Origin: Podarcis erhardii
Lineage: Eukaryota
Direction: 5' to 3' (one strand)
NCBI GenBank assembly: GCA_964252035.1
Contig: OZ176200.1
Length of the DNA: 64,000 nt
This document shows, in pieces, positions 1 through 13,051 of the stretch; position 1 is the first letter of the stretch, and every line of letters starts with the position of its first letter. Below the pieces are notes generated by a model. The model was given only the letters and a program-made list of their open reading frames with translations. It made no database searches and was not told the DNA's origin. The translations under genes and the position numbers were made by a program.

Positions 1-960
1 AGCCCAGACCTGGATCTAGAAAAAGGCAATGGACTTCGATGTGCAAATACCAAATGAGAAATGGATGTCTTTTTGGTCTGGGAGACCACTGAAATCAGTT
101 TCTGCAAAAATAAGGTGGCATTATACACCAGTGAGGCTATCCTGAATATGTAAGGAAGTCAATCCCAATTGTTGGAGGGGATGCACAGTCAAAGGTACAT
201 ATTTCCATATGTGGTGGTGTTGTGACATCATCAAACCCTTCTGGAATGCTGTCTTCAAATGAATAGATTTGATATACAGTCATACATTGGAAGTCAAATG
301 GAATTCATTCCGGAAGTCTGTTTGACTTCCAAAACATTGAGGAACTGAGGCGAGGAAGCTGTGACAGATGTTCGGGTTCCAAAGAACGTTTGCAAACCAG
401 AACAATCAGGGAGCCAAAACGTTCATCTCGCAAGGTGTTCGACTTCCGAGGTACAACTGTACAACAAGACAATTGAAACTTTCCCTGCACTAGCACTACT
501 TGGGCTTAGGATCTCATTTGCTCATGATTATCCTAAAAATGACCTGCTAAGCTTTCTATTGACTTCTGCCTGTATGGAGACAGCCAGATGTTGGAAAACC
601 AGTGTTGGGCTGAACATTGATTCGTAGTATAACAGAGTATGGTCAATAGCATTGGTTGAGAAACTAACATGCCAGGTGAGAGTGGCAAAGGGCACACACA
701 ATCCATATTCCTTTTATAACGAATGGCAAATGTTTATTGAATACATAAATTGCTCAGACTGTGGCAGAAATCCACCCAGCACTCATGGGAAAATGTGGTG
801 TGATCTTTTAGAGTAATCAAATTAAACTTTAAGACATGACATGATAAATGATCATGGTAAAAGTCTGTAATTTTATCAGGAAAAGTTATTTGTTGTTTAC
901 TCGTGTAATAATTGTTTTGTCAAAATTTATCTTCTTTACCCTGAAAATAAATAAAAACTT
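1..960 (+). mobile_element. L1-type LINE 3' fragment (ORF2 C-terminus plus 3' end), interrupted by a MITE
   Basis: Degenerate CWRGC..KGTYFHMWW.C zinc-knuckle motif, then LLTSA...ARCWK...W...L.EKLT. A-rich end near 945-960. Confidence 0.75.
277..459. mobile_element. Tc1/mariner (Tigger-like) MITE
   Basis: Imperfect terminal inverted repeats (TIRs) cagtcatacattggaagtc / gacttccgaggtacaactg, with TA on both sides (275-276, 460-461). Confidence 0.8.
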
Positions 961-2029
961 TATTTATTTTTTCAAAAGGAAATGTGGATGATCCCAAAAT
1001 GTTTTTTCAAAAGGAATATTTGAAGATATGATGTGGTGATTAACAGCATGATCTGTGATCCAAGAAGTCCCTGGTTCAATAATTTCAGTAAGAATGGAGT
1101 TGGGGCAATTTGGTTCATTTTGTATTCCCTAATTTGAACTTCCTGAAACAATGCACAAACTGAAACACATCTATCTCTTGAAATTCATACTTTCCCAGCA
1201 AAAGCAATTTATACAAAAAAGTGTATATTGTGGGGAAATGTGCCTAGAAATGCCTGTATTCGTGAAAAGAGCATACAGAAATGCATTATAATTAGGGAAA
1301 ACTGCATGCATAAATGTATCTGTGAGGCAAGCTTGCATTCAAATATGTGTATATTGGGATGAATGTGCATTAAAACGGTGAAGAATTTTCCTGGGGAATT
1401 TCTTTTACAAATTGCAAAGTGATGTAGAAATGTGGCAAACTGATTTTCATACTGTAAAAATGAGAAACCAGGAACCCCTGGAATTTCACACTGCTCAAAG
1501 TTTGGGGTAGCCTGCAAGAATATAAACATACTGAATCATGCATTTGTAGCTGAGTGCCACAACATTAAAGCAGCAATATGGCCATCTCTAAGGGATGACA
1601 ACTCCTGGCAGACTGAAAATCATTTATTAAAGAATTATAATATTTTTTTTTGTCATGGCACTACCACATGTGCATTTTTGCTTACACGGTGAACTATTTA
1701 TGTATCTACAGACCGTTTTGGCAGGTAGCCTGAAGAGGGCCATACAAAATGTTGTTGGAGCCCCCTCTTTTTTGCATCCTTGTCATTTATCACTATCTGT
1801 GCACATGCTACATTATAGCACAATATAGGACAAAGCCTTATGCTGCACAGCTTGCAGGACAAGGCCCTTATAGGTACCCTTGCAGGTGCTGGAAAAAACT
1901 GGCACAAAAAATCAGTGGCACCCCTTTTCTTTCTCCTACCCATGCATGGGGCTCCTGTGCATACAGGTTATGCACAAGTCAATGCTTTCAGTGTGAAGCC
2001 TGGCAGAAGAGAGACGTGTGTATATTGGA

Positions 2030-2611
2030 GGCAGGTGTGGACTTTCCATTGAAAGGAATGGCTGATATGTTACCGCATTCAGAGCTCTGGGCTCTGGGTG
2101 ACTCTAAAACTAAAACTAATCCAGAATGCGGCAGCAAGACTGGTGACTGCGAGTGGCCACTGGGGCCATATAACACCAGTCCTAAAGGATCTTCACTGGC
2201 TCCCAGTATGTTTCCAAGCACAATTCAAAGTGTTGGTGTTAACCTTGAAAGCCCTAAACAGCCTTGGCGCAGTATACCTGAAGGAGCATCTTCACCCCCA
2301 TTGTTCAGCCTGGACACTGAGGTCCTTCTCGGAGGGTCTTCTGGTGGTTCCCTCACGGCAAGAAGGGAATTTACAGGGAACCAGGCAGAAGGCCTTCTCG
2401 GTAGTGGCACCTTCCTTTCAGGTGTCAAGGAGATAAAGAACTATATAACTTTTAGAAGACATCTGAAGGCAGCCCTGTATTGGGAAGTTTTTAATGTTAG
2501 ATGTTTTCCTACATTTTATTATATGCTGTAAGCCAACCAAAGTGGCTGCGGAAACCCAGCCACATGTGCAGGGTATAAATAATAAAATTATTATTATTAA
2601 ATTATTATTAG
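2030..2611 (+). mobile_element. L2 LINE 3' fragment
   Basis: LKLIQNAAARLVT...HITPVLKDLHWLP...FKVL motif typical of the L2 RT C-terminus, with an (ATT)n tail. Confidence 0.88.
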
Positions 2612-3609
2612 TCATGTAAAGAGGAAAGATGTGTCCATTCATCCCTATGCTGATCACTTCCCTGTGCCCAAGAAGAAGTTCAGGCATTATAGGGAGGAGA
2701 AAGGCAATGCAAAAAGAGCTGACCAGTAGCTAATGCAGTAGCATTTTCACAATGGTATTGCTTAATGTAACATGGGAGGGGTGGTGCGTGGAAGGATAAA
2801 AGAGTTTTGACAAAGGCAATTTACTCCTGGTACCTGCAGTGTGGTTAAAGTGGCTACCCTGTGTGGTCTACATGGGACATATAACTCTCATAAAGTTAAA
2901 CAAAAACGAACATTTAAAGAAGTGTTGCACACCCAGTTGCTGCCCAGAAACGGTGTCCATTCCTGCCCAGACACACACACACAGGAGTATCAAGCGGTGA
3001 TAACGTAACCAGATCCATTGCCCTGGCATTGTCCCACTCCGCTTGTGGCACTGCAGGGAGGCGCCGAGCCAAAAGCTAAAATCAAGAGCGGGGACAAGAG
3101 CAGCTTTTGAGAAAAAGGAAACAAACAAAAAGGCTGTAAGGTAAAACTGATCATACAGGCAAGGCTAGGCGAGTTGGGAACAGAAACACCCAAGAATGAA
3201 AGCCAGAGGGAGGGAGGGAGGGAGGAAGGGAGAAAAGGCAACGGCGAAGCAGCTGCCATGAAGAAGGGGGGAAAGGAAGTTAAGGAAACAAGTAACTGGA
3301 GAGGTGCTGAATGCACAATGCCGGTGTGATGACAGGCAAAGTGGTATTGCTTACTGTCACCCTGGTGCAGATTGCAGACCTAACAAGCAACTGTATACAG
3401 GGAGTACATACGGCTTTGTTCAGTAATCTTTGCCTTTTGAGGGCCTTGAAGGGAAGGTGCTAAAATACCTCAACCTATCTGGCAATTGCTACTCAAAGGG
3501 ACGAGCTCCAGATTATAGGATTCACATTTTATTCGTTTTCCTCCCTCCCTTCCTGACATGAAATTGCTTGGGGATGTTCTCTCAGGAAACAACGGAGTCT
3601 CAAAGGCTT

Positions 3610-3800
3610 CTGGTGTGGCCCAGTCTAGGGAATGGAACATCATAGGTCCGTCTGAGAGACCTGGGTTCAAATCTCTGCCTCTTTGATGGATTTGCTATGT
3701 GACGAGTCACTATCCCTCTGAGCTTCAGTCCCCAATTTGTAAAAGAGGAATAATGCTGGGTGATGGAATTCTGCTGAGCCTTTTGCAAATGGAAAGCAGT
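3610..3800 (+). mobile_element. MIR/CORE-like SINE, degenerate
   Basis: B-box-like ctgggttcaaatc and core-like ccctctgagcttcagt...tgtaaaagaggaataat. Confidence 0.55.
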
Positions 3801-5020
3801 AATTAACTAGTGGTTGGTTGGCCTAGTTCTCACAGAGAAGAACCTGCATCTGAACTATACCACTTCTGATTGCAGGTGGGGTTCATGTGTATGAATATTA
3901 CTCCATACAAAATATTACCACCAATAAGTTACACGTCAGGGATAAGGCTAACCTGAAACCCATCTCTTTGACATGCTGGGTTTTGGTTTTTGATATGGAG
4001 GAAACAGCAAGAGTTAGCTCTCCTGTTTGTTGATTATTGGAGGGGTTCTCTGCTTGCTAGTCATGCAACAGATGGACATTCATCCAGCACCTCCAGTTGT
4101 AGTGTGGCAGACAGAAGTAACAGAAAGCTCATCCCCCACCAGGCTTTCAATGTGTTTCCCCCTTTCTGCAGATTCCCTTAGTGATTTCCATCACCATGTT
4201 CCAGGAGTGTACTCCACTATAGAAATCAAGCAGGAGGGATTGTGCAGAACCAATGGAATACCAAAGGGGTTAAAACCAATATTCAGCCAGTATAGTGCCC
4301 ATTAAAGTAAGGAAGCTGAAAGTCTCAATGGAAGTGGCTTAATAATAATAACACATATTTTTTGTAATTGAATGGTGCAGTGAAAAATATTTTGACAAAA
4401 AGATTTATACACAACAAACAATAAACAATCAGTGTAGGGTGGTTTTTTCCTTTCATTTTTTCCCTTCTTATTTAATCAATTTATTGCATAATATCTATAT
4501 CCTATAAGCAGTGTTTGTGTTCTGGACACTGGGTTGCAACGATCCAAAATAAAACCAAATAAAAATGTGGTCACTAAGAATCTGGAAGTAGTAAAAAGGG
4601 GGGGGGGAGCAAACCCGTACACATAGCTTGGTTTTCATTGTCTAAAAATCAGCTACACAATGAAATCAAATTCTAACCTACATTGTATGCTCTTAGGGTC
4701 ATAAAAACAGCACCAAATTCAAAGCTGAAGAAAGGAATCTGAGTTACATTATGATTGACTTGCTGTCTGGAAAATATAATGTGGAAAACTGCTCCAGTGT
4801 TAAAAGATACTGTGATGTGGGAAATTTTCTGAAATTTCTACAAGTTATGACATTAAATTTCAGCACAAAATGTTAAGGGGCAAATTTCATTTTGGTCCAA
4901 CAAGAGCAACAGTGTGTGATGTTCTTTCACTTGCAATCATGTGGAGTATAATAAACCTGAAATATGTTGTTGCATATTTTGAGGAAACCCCAAGGTTCTC
5001 TATTGTTTTGTTAGTGGGAT

Positions 5021-5622
5021 TGTAAGGTACCTACAGGTTCAATATTGAGAAAATAGAAGCAAGACTCAGGAGCTTGGGTCTCTGTCTCACCAGGACAGTT
5101 TACAGGTGGAGAGAACAGCTGGCCTGAGCCTTGCTGCTCCACCATTGACACCCTTGACAGTGACAGAGATACTGCAGCTGGCCAGCCCAGATTATCAGGG
5201 GACTTGGAGAGCCAATAGAGATCCTGCTGACCTTCTATAGCAAGTCCTAAGCTTGCCTTCTTATCTGAGTAACTCAGATAAGCAGCCAGTATTTTACCAC
5301 CTTATAGAATCTAACATTCTGCCCATATTAGTCTGCGGCCCTTATCTCTCTGGTTCATCTGCTCTTTGCCTGCTTGCCCTCATCTTCACCACTATCTATA
5401 GTTTCCAGCAGGTCTTGTTCTTGTGCCTAAGCTCTACTTTTGTGTCAAGCCCACTCCCCATTTTACTTCTCAGTTGTCTTTTCATGCCTGGCCATCCTTT
5501 CCTCACACATTGGTTCCTTAGCTCTCTCAGCCTTAGCCTGGCCCTTCCTTGTTTCCGTCATCCTGCCTGCTAACGTTGGCATTGGACTAGCCCTTTTCAG
5601 ACACCCTGTGAATTCCCTAACA
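5021..5622. mobile_element. Possible LTR-like or TIR-bounded element
   Basis: TGTAAGG...CCCTAACA termini inside about 14-bp imperfect inverted repeats, a CCAAT box, and a pyrimidine-rich 3' half. No clean TSD. Confidence 0.3.
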
Positions 5623-6849
5623 ATCCACCTGAAAAACTTGCAGCCAAAGTGTTGTAAAGGCACCTCTACACTACAGTTCTGAACCTGCTCAAAACCTTTC
5701 TCAATACTGTGGATTTGATCCAGACCCATTATGGGTAGAACTCTTCATTAAGGAGTGGCCACAGGTATTTTTCCTCCCCCTACAGACCCCTGAAAAGCTA
5801 CTCTGGATAGTCATCTGAGTGTGCAGTGGTGCTAGTCACTGTAGGGGGAAGGAGAAATTGGCAAAAGTCACCTCTTCCCTTCCTGCAGCAAGAACCTCCC
5901 CTGTCCTTTTCAGCTTGTGGGCTTCCCCTATACATCTGGCTGTAAGAACAGGATGCTGGCTGAAATTGGCCTTTGGCAATCTTCTTACCCCCAGTTATCT
6001 TCTCAAAATGACAATGTTCTCCAATCCTTGACTGGGGTCATGACAGTTTGCAACTGATGTGTAGACAGCCTATTTAAAAAGTACCCACCCCTATGCTTTC
6101 AGGGTCTATTTTCTACTATTTTTCATCGTGAAAAATGCAAGTCATTTAGAATAAAGGCCTATGTTTGCTCTGACCAAAGGAATATACTTCATCTCCTGGT
6201 TATTGACTGGGGAAATGACACTAAGCAAAAATTCATTTCCCTAACAGACAAAGATGAGGAAAGAAGGGAAAAATACTGAATATAAAAAATGAACTTTCCT
6301 GCTCTTGTGCTTGTTTAAATATTCACACCAGAGAGCTTTAAGAACACCTTTGGAGGACCAACATTTAAAGAGAAGATCTCTTAATACCTTACCAAAGGCA
6401 ACAAAAGGGTTAAACTTACTGTGTTGTTTGCAATATGCAAGAAAATAAATTTGCTTTGGAGTGCTAACTGCAAAAGAAATGAGATAGTGCCTATTTAGCT
6501 ATCTGGATGGTATCAAATGGTAAGGTGTAGTAACTGGCAATCAATACCTGTAATTTGATGAGTGTGTAACTGTATCTTCCAGTCTGAATCTGATCAATTT
6601 TTTTCAATGTAGTTTAGTGGATTTTTTTCATCCCAAAGCAAAGTTTTCATGTCTGTACGAGTACAATGGATTAACCAGCTAATCAATAGAAAAGCATGCC
6701 ACAGTTAATGAGTTTAGGCAGTGCAATTTGGAAAGAAATGAAGACTTTGAAAACATTTAAGTAACAGCTGAACAGCTCCAGATTGTTCCTTGTTTGTTGG
6801 TTTTTTACACACTAGTTCCCTTCACCAAAAGGCAATTGAAAGCAATATG

Positions 6850-6982
6850 GAGACAGGGAAACTGTGGCCCTGCAGATGTTGGTGGACTGCAACTCCCATC
6901 ATGCTTAGCCATTGGTCAACTGGCTGGGCTGATAGGAATTTGAGTCCAACAGTCTTCAGAGGACCACAGGTGGCCCATCCAT
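6850..6982. mobile_element. Palindromic hAT-like MITE (relatives near 8952-9070, 23450-23575, 38580-38680, 39315-39440, 53740-53800)
   Basis: Self-complementary gggaaactgtggccc...gatgttggtggactgcaactcccatca...ccacaggtggcccatcc; same family as 26376-26511. Confidence 0.65.
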
Positions 6983-7267
6983 GGGAGAGACAGCTGGAGA
7001 ACACAGAATTGCTATGAAATAGTAACACTACTTGCAACTTCATATATCCACCCAGCAGAGGACCACCTTTGCATGACAGAATAGCAGGTTTCTTGTGCAG
7101 TTAATGCAGGGCCAGCCACCCATGAGGCAGATTGAGGCAGCTGCCTCGGGTGGTGGAATCCCAAGGGACAGTACCCCCACAGGCACCCCTGCCACCGCCA
7201 CCAGAGAAGCAAAGAGAAGCAGCTGTGGCTTCCAGGTTCCAGTGAGATCTCACAGAATTCAGCATGG

Positions 7268-7282
7268 TTCTTTCTCTTTCTT

Positions 7283-7333
<51 letters not shown>

Positions 7334-7362
7334 TTCTGTCTTTCTGTCTTTCTGTCTTTCTT
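7268..7362. repeat. Compound (CTTT)/(CT)n/(CTTTCTGT)n microsatellite
   Basis: Directly visible. Confidence 0.95.
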
Positions 7363-7523
7363 GATACAACACTCACATTTGTACAGCAGGCTACATCCCA
7401 ACTAAGCATCCCAACTACATACACACCCTTCTCCATCCTCTAACTAAGCAAGCCAGAGGCATTACCACTGTTCAAGCATCCAGTACAGCCAGGCAAAAGC
7501 ATTCAAGAAGGGCTAGTAGTACT

Positions 7524-7909
7524 AAAAAGATAAAGGCAAATGACTCCTAGATGGTTAAGTCCAGTCAAAGGCGATTCTGGGGTTGCAGCGCTCATCTCGC
7601 TTTCAGGCCGAGGGAGCCGGTGTTTGTCCACAGACAGCTTTCCGGGTCATGTGGGGAGCATGACTAAACTGCTTCTGGTGCAACGGAACACCGTGACGGA
7701 AACCAGAGTGCACAGAAATGCCATTTGCCTTCCTGCCACAGCGGTAACTATTTATCTACTTGCACTGACATGCTTTCGAACTGTTAGGTTGGCAGGAACT
7801 GGGACAGAGCAATGGGAGCTCACCCCATTGAGGGGATTCGAACTGACAACCTTCTGATCAGCAAGCCCAAGAGGCTCAGTGTTTTAGACCACAGCGCCAC
7901 CTACGTCCC
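7524..7909 (-). mobile_element. Sauria SINE, near full length
   Basis: tRNA-like head (gggacgtaggtggcgctgtggtc...ggttgtcagttcgaatcccc), characteristic body, and BovB-related tail. Confidence 0.9.
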
Positions 7910-8884
7910 TGCCATGTATGGTTTCATGAAGGAAAAGGGCACCATTGCTTACCAGTCAGTATTATTATTATTATTAAAATAAATTTCTATACTGCCCTTC
8001 TTTCAAAGATCACAGGGTGGTTTACAATACAAAACCACAAAGGTACATGCCATAATAACAAACAATAGTTATCTACACCCAGCATCATGTGCAGTATCCC
8101 TGTGATCCAGTTGCTGTGGAACACAAATGAGGGCGTATTATTGCGTTCATATCTGGCTTGTGGGCTTTCCGTAGACATCTGGTTGGCCACTCTTCAGTCT
8201 GATCAAAGAGGCTCATGTTCATATGCTTTTTTTACCATGAGTAGAGGAATCTGACAGCCTCCATATGTTTCAGCTGCCAAATACAATTATTTGCAGCAGA
8301 TTTTTTTTTCTTTTTAAAAATCATGCATTACGGTATGCACACATTCTAAAATTCTAATGTGTTTTGTACAATAAAATTGCTGTCTAACATGTAGCAATTG
8401 GCTTTGTTTTAATGTTGAATGCTGACGAATATTGGTATTTAAATAAATCTAGAATCTAGCCATAATTTATGGCATGACCCTTAAATTGCAAATGAAAGCA
8501 TTTGCAACAATTACCTTTATATTCCATTATAGAAAAAGGAAAAAAAGAAAAACCCAAGGTGATGGCATGATGCCTAGTAACTAAAAACCACATTCCTTTC
8601 AATTACCATATATGTCCTTTCCAGAACAAAATCAATACAAATAATTCACCTCAGGCTAATAAGTTGCTTAATTTAGATGATCATTTATGCTATAATGAGA
8701 AAACCATTTGCAGTAAAATCTTTTACATTTCTCAACATTTACTTGCTCTGGGCCAGGCAGTCTTGACCTCTGAATCTTGACATTGCATGCATTATACCTC
8801 CTTTGCTAAGTCCCTTATTAGCACTGAAATACATGGTGGCTTCCCCTCTTTTTCGAGAGCTGTTCTGATGTTACATTTGATGGT

Positions 8885-9190
8885 TGTAGAACATAGGAAG
8901 CTACCTCATACCAAGTCAGATCTTAGGTCTATCTAACTCAGCATTATCTATTGGGGTAGCCAATGGGATGTGCTTCAGATGGATGTTGATAGATTACAAC
9001 TTTCATCATCCCTCTTCATTTGCCATGTTGGTTGGGGCTGATTTGAAGGGCACCATATTGGCTACCTTTCATCTACAGACCGGAAGCGGATCTCCACCTT
9101 TTCCGGCAGGAGTGTTTCCCCACCCTATCTCGAGATGCTGGTGACCTTCTGCATGAAAAACAGATGCTCTGCCATTCATCAAAGGCCTTT
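8885..9190 (-). mobile_element. tRNA-derived SINE with CR1-type tail, interrupted by a hAT-like MITE (second copy at 13700-13885)
   Basis: gaacataggaagct...tcaga...ggtctatctaactcagcattatct tail and gaccttctgcatg...agatgctctgcc head. Confidence 0.6.
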
Positions 9191-9899
9191 CCACATGTTC
9201 TAAACATCATGGGTACAATACCTACATATGAGAATTGATACACCAATGGTTCAGAGCACGATATCCTCAGCTATCCCACAATCCTCAAGCAAGCCACATC
9301 TTCAGTCTCCAGCACCTTGTATTTCATACAGAAATAACCTTTAAATACGTTAAAGGATAGCTGTAAGGCTTACCAGGGCAATGTAAGACATGCTTTGAGG
9401 ACTCAGGAGGTTTCTATTACTACTAAGCATTAATACATTTAATTAATTAATACATTTCTGAATCGTTGAATCGTTGAAAGTGAATAAAGTACTTCTCTGC
9501 TCACAGATCTTATGCTTTCACATGAACATTCTGACGTGACATGAGTAGCAGGGTTTTGTTTTGGTTTCGCTTTTTACTAGAAGAGGGCTCGTCCACTCTT
9601 CTGCTTGCCGCATGCCTAGAAAACAGTGGTGTGAGCGGATTTCCCCTTTCCCTAAATTGTTGTTTGCTGTGGCTGTGCACTAAAGAGATGTTTTCTTGGG
9701 GTGGGGTGGGGGCATGAGACAATAAGTGTGGGTGAGCCCAGATTTAAGGTTTCTGCCTTTTGTCTTCAGCAATTACAACTACCATCAACTCAAATGATCA
9801 GCATTAGTTCAGGTACCAGCCACTATGGCTATGTTCTGTCTCCACAATCAGAGGCAGTAACGCTTCTGAATACTAGTTGCAGGAAATCACAGGAGGAGA

Positions 9900-10210
9900 G
9901 AGGGCTCTCATGCAACAGCGTAGCTAGCCACTCGGGTGCCTGGTGCGGCGCACATGTCCTGCAGTCAGGGGCGGGGGGAGTTGCTCATGGGGCGTTGCAC
10001 TGCGTGGAGCCTCTCCAGCGCCTCCCCCTCAGCTGTAGGGTGGCTGAGGGATAGGCGGTGAGCAGACGCAAGCCCCACGCTGCCGTTTCATGCAACGCAG
10101 AGCCTGCAGGCGCCCAAGCCACCACGTCACTCCCAGGAGAAATGCATGGCTCAGCCACACTGCAGGCCCCGCAGTAATTGCCGGCCCCCGCAGTGTGGCG
10201 CCCAGTGCCA
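9900..10210. promoter_or_regulatory. Small CpG-rich, GC-rich island
   Basis: About 19 CpGs in about 300 bp by hand count; GC box ggggcgggg at 9968 and CCACGTCA at 10122. Confidence 0.4.
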
Positions 10211-10364
10211 GTCACATTCCATTGTGTTTGTTGACTGAACTAAACAGTTTCGTGAGCCCATTTGAGAACACACCCACACCCACATTTGTTTCTCATTTTG
10301 TCACCCCCCCCCCCAGTGATGACACCCAGGACGGCCCACACACCTGCACCCCCTTCCTCCATGC

Positions 10365-10463
10365 TTGAGAGTTTCTGTAGGCATCTGGGTGGTCACTGTG
10401 AGAACAGAATGCTGGACTAAATGGGCCATTGGCTTGATCCAGCAGGCTTGTCTTATGTTCTTA
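10365..10463 (+). mobile_element. CR1/SINE 3' tail fragment (similar at 8110-8230 and 62925-63010)
   Basis: gcatctgggtggtcactgtgagaacagaatgctggact...cttatgttctta. Confidence 0.6.
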
Positions 10464-10468
10464 GGAAT

Positions 10469-10471
<3 letters not shown>

Positions 10472-10514
<43 letters not shown>
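10472..10514. repeat. (CA)n microsatellite (another at 12438-12473)
   Basis: Directly visible. Confidence 0.97.
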
Positions 10515-10517
<3 letters not shown>

Positions 10518-12434
10518 GGTAGTATTCAACTAAGTTTTACCCAGAGTAGACCCATTAAAATAAATTGGTCTAACTCAGAGCATGTTCACTCTGAGAAAAA
10601 AACTTAGTTGAATATCACCCAATATAGATCTTTGAAAAACACGTCTGCCTTAACTGTATAATTTGTGTGGAAGTACGCCAGGCTCAGTTATATATTTTTG
10701 AGGTTCTTCCCCCCAACTGTACTTTTTTCACAGTATTTTTTAGAAGAATGTTTCTGAGAACTCAGGTGCTGTGAATGTGAAAATACATAATTGGTGATTA
10801 AAATGTGGTTAAGAATTTCTGGGAAAAGCTACTTATTGGTCAGCAAGTGCAGATCCACACTACAACTTTTATTTTATTTATGCTTTCTTTATACTACGTA
10901 CCTAGGGCCTTGCTTCTAAGTAGATATTAACTTGCTTCCTGGCAGTGCTGCAGGTGTTTTCCCTCATCCCAATTCCAAACGTTCAGTACAGCTGACTTTA
11001 TGAGTCTTCCTCTTGTGTCACCTCGAACTAGGACATTTAGATGCTTGTAATTCAGTCGCTGCACTGGGGGTCCCAAAGACTGTGAAAAAGAGTCACAAGA
11101 ACATCTGCTCTGTGGGTTAGGTGAGCTTTCAGGTTCACAGGGGGCTCTTCTTCCGTTCTAGAAAAGCTGAGGCAAATTTCAAAGCAGTATCATGTTTAAT
11201 GCATTTGTTATGGCGCTGAAGACTTAAACATGGTAGAACCTCAGTGCTTCTATAGTAAGGTTAGAGAAGATGCAGGAATAAGGTACAAAGGACGTGGATG
11301 TGGTACAAGGCAACAGGAAAAAGTCTTGGGAGTCTTGTGCCACCTTTTAAGAGCCACTGATTTAGAGAGCAGTCACTGATTTAGAGAGCCACTGATTTAG
11401 AGAGCATCTGGTCAGTTGAAGAGTCAGAGTTTCCTGTGAGAGCAGATTGATTGTTAAACCACACTGGGAACTGTCACTCTGTGAGGGGACTAGGGGTCTC
11501 CTAACAACTTTCAGCACCCATAACAGTTCTCAGTACTCTTTGGAAGAAGTCATGACTGACCAAAGATGGTACCTCTGTCTCTCCCCCATTCTGTTGTCTT
11601 GTCCATTATTAAAATTTAGGTTGCAAGACCCTTGAGATGGGGATATATCTTTGTTAAGTATATTGTTAAGGACCTTGATGGCTCTTTGGGTGGAAACCAA
11701 TGTTGCCCTAGTTGATTTCCATCCATACAATAGGACTTCTGCTTCCTCTATTCCTCCCTACTGCACTCCCCTGCCTTGCATATCCCCAATATCTTCTCCA
11801 GAGGGTGACTGCCGTGGGAAAGAGAGAGAGAAAAAGCCCAACTGCATGAGCAGAAGTCTGTTTTGCTTGTGCATGGGTAGCATTGGATACAATCCTATAA
11901 CATGATCACTGTCATCATTATAATTTCAGTAAATAAATTTCATCAGTAAATAGGTGTTAAGCAATGAGCATAGCTGTGACGATTCCTTTTGATTTGTTTC
12001 ATTGTCTTTCAAGGGATTAACTATTAGAATTAAAGCAGCCCTCTTCAAACCGCTTTGAATAACCTTACTTAGGTCAAATGCACTACTTGGAAGTAAATTG
12101 TTTCATTGCTCTGTTTTCTTCCCCTCTGACAAGTATAATAGCAGAGTCATGCAAAACATTCCATGAACAAGATAAGCAGCAATTTATATTTAAATAAATA
12201 ATACAAACCACTACAGTGGTTCTTAGTGCCCAGATATTTAATTAAATTGAACAACCTGGGACTTCTACAGCATTAACAAGCCATTAATCACAAACACAGC
12301 ATACATGCTGATTAGTATACGTATTATTTATGCAAATGCATTCAGCAGGAGAGAAGCCCTCGAAACAACGAGGTAATCTTAATTACTAGCATATTTGTAA
12401 CTGGATGAATGTATTTAAGAAGAATGCTCCCTTT

Positions 12435-12473
<39 letters not shown>

Positions 12474-12801
12474 CCATATACATAAAAGATCCCAGGCAAG
12501 GAGATTCCAGGTTGGCCTAATTCCATGATACAGTTAGTCGGGTTCTTCTACTTTTCACCCTGAAATGGAAAACAGCAAGCTGTCAGGATTTGTAGATGAA
12601 TATAATAATCAGAACTGTCTTCTGATTAAATAAATTTTACGTCATCAATCACTTGCCTTTTACCCAATTAATCATTTCAATTTGAATATATCTGCATCTC
12701 ACCAAAATCTCACTAGAAGTGCAATTTTGGGGAAGTTGTAATTCAATAAATAAAGCTAACTTAATTTTAGGCCCCTTTTAACCTTTTTCTTGCTCCCCAA
12801 T

Positions 12802-13051
12802 AGAAGAAGAAGAAGAAGAGTTTGGATTTGATATCCCGCCTTTCACTCCCTTTAAGGAGTCTCAAAGCGGCTAACATTCTCCTTTCCCTTCCTCCTCCAC
12901 AACAAACACTCTGTGAGGTGAGTGGGGCTGAGAGACTTCAAAAAAGTGTGACTGGCCCAAGGTCACCCAGCAGCTGCATGTGGAGGAGCGGAGACGCGAA
13001 CCCGGTTCCCCAGATTAGGAGACTACCGCTCTTAACAACTACACCACACTG
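12802..13051 (-). mobile_element. Young tRNA/MIR-derived SINE with (CTT)n tail (Squam3-like)
   Basis: A-box gtggtgtagttgttaaga and B-box-like gggttcgcgtctcc, CORE-like body, L2-like 3' end and (CTT)n tail. Near-identical copy at 19145-19395. Confidence 0.85.

Noticed and set aside
1749-2531. 260-aa ORF as a host gene
   Set aside because: Its 3' half is an alternative frame of an L2 fragment. No recognisable domain or splice context.
11350-11405. CRISPR-like repeat array
   Set aside because: Vertebrate DNA; 16-bp units with no unique spacers and no cas genes.
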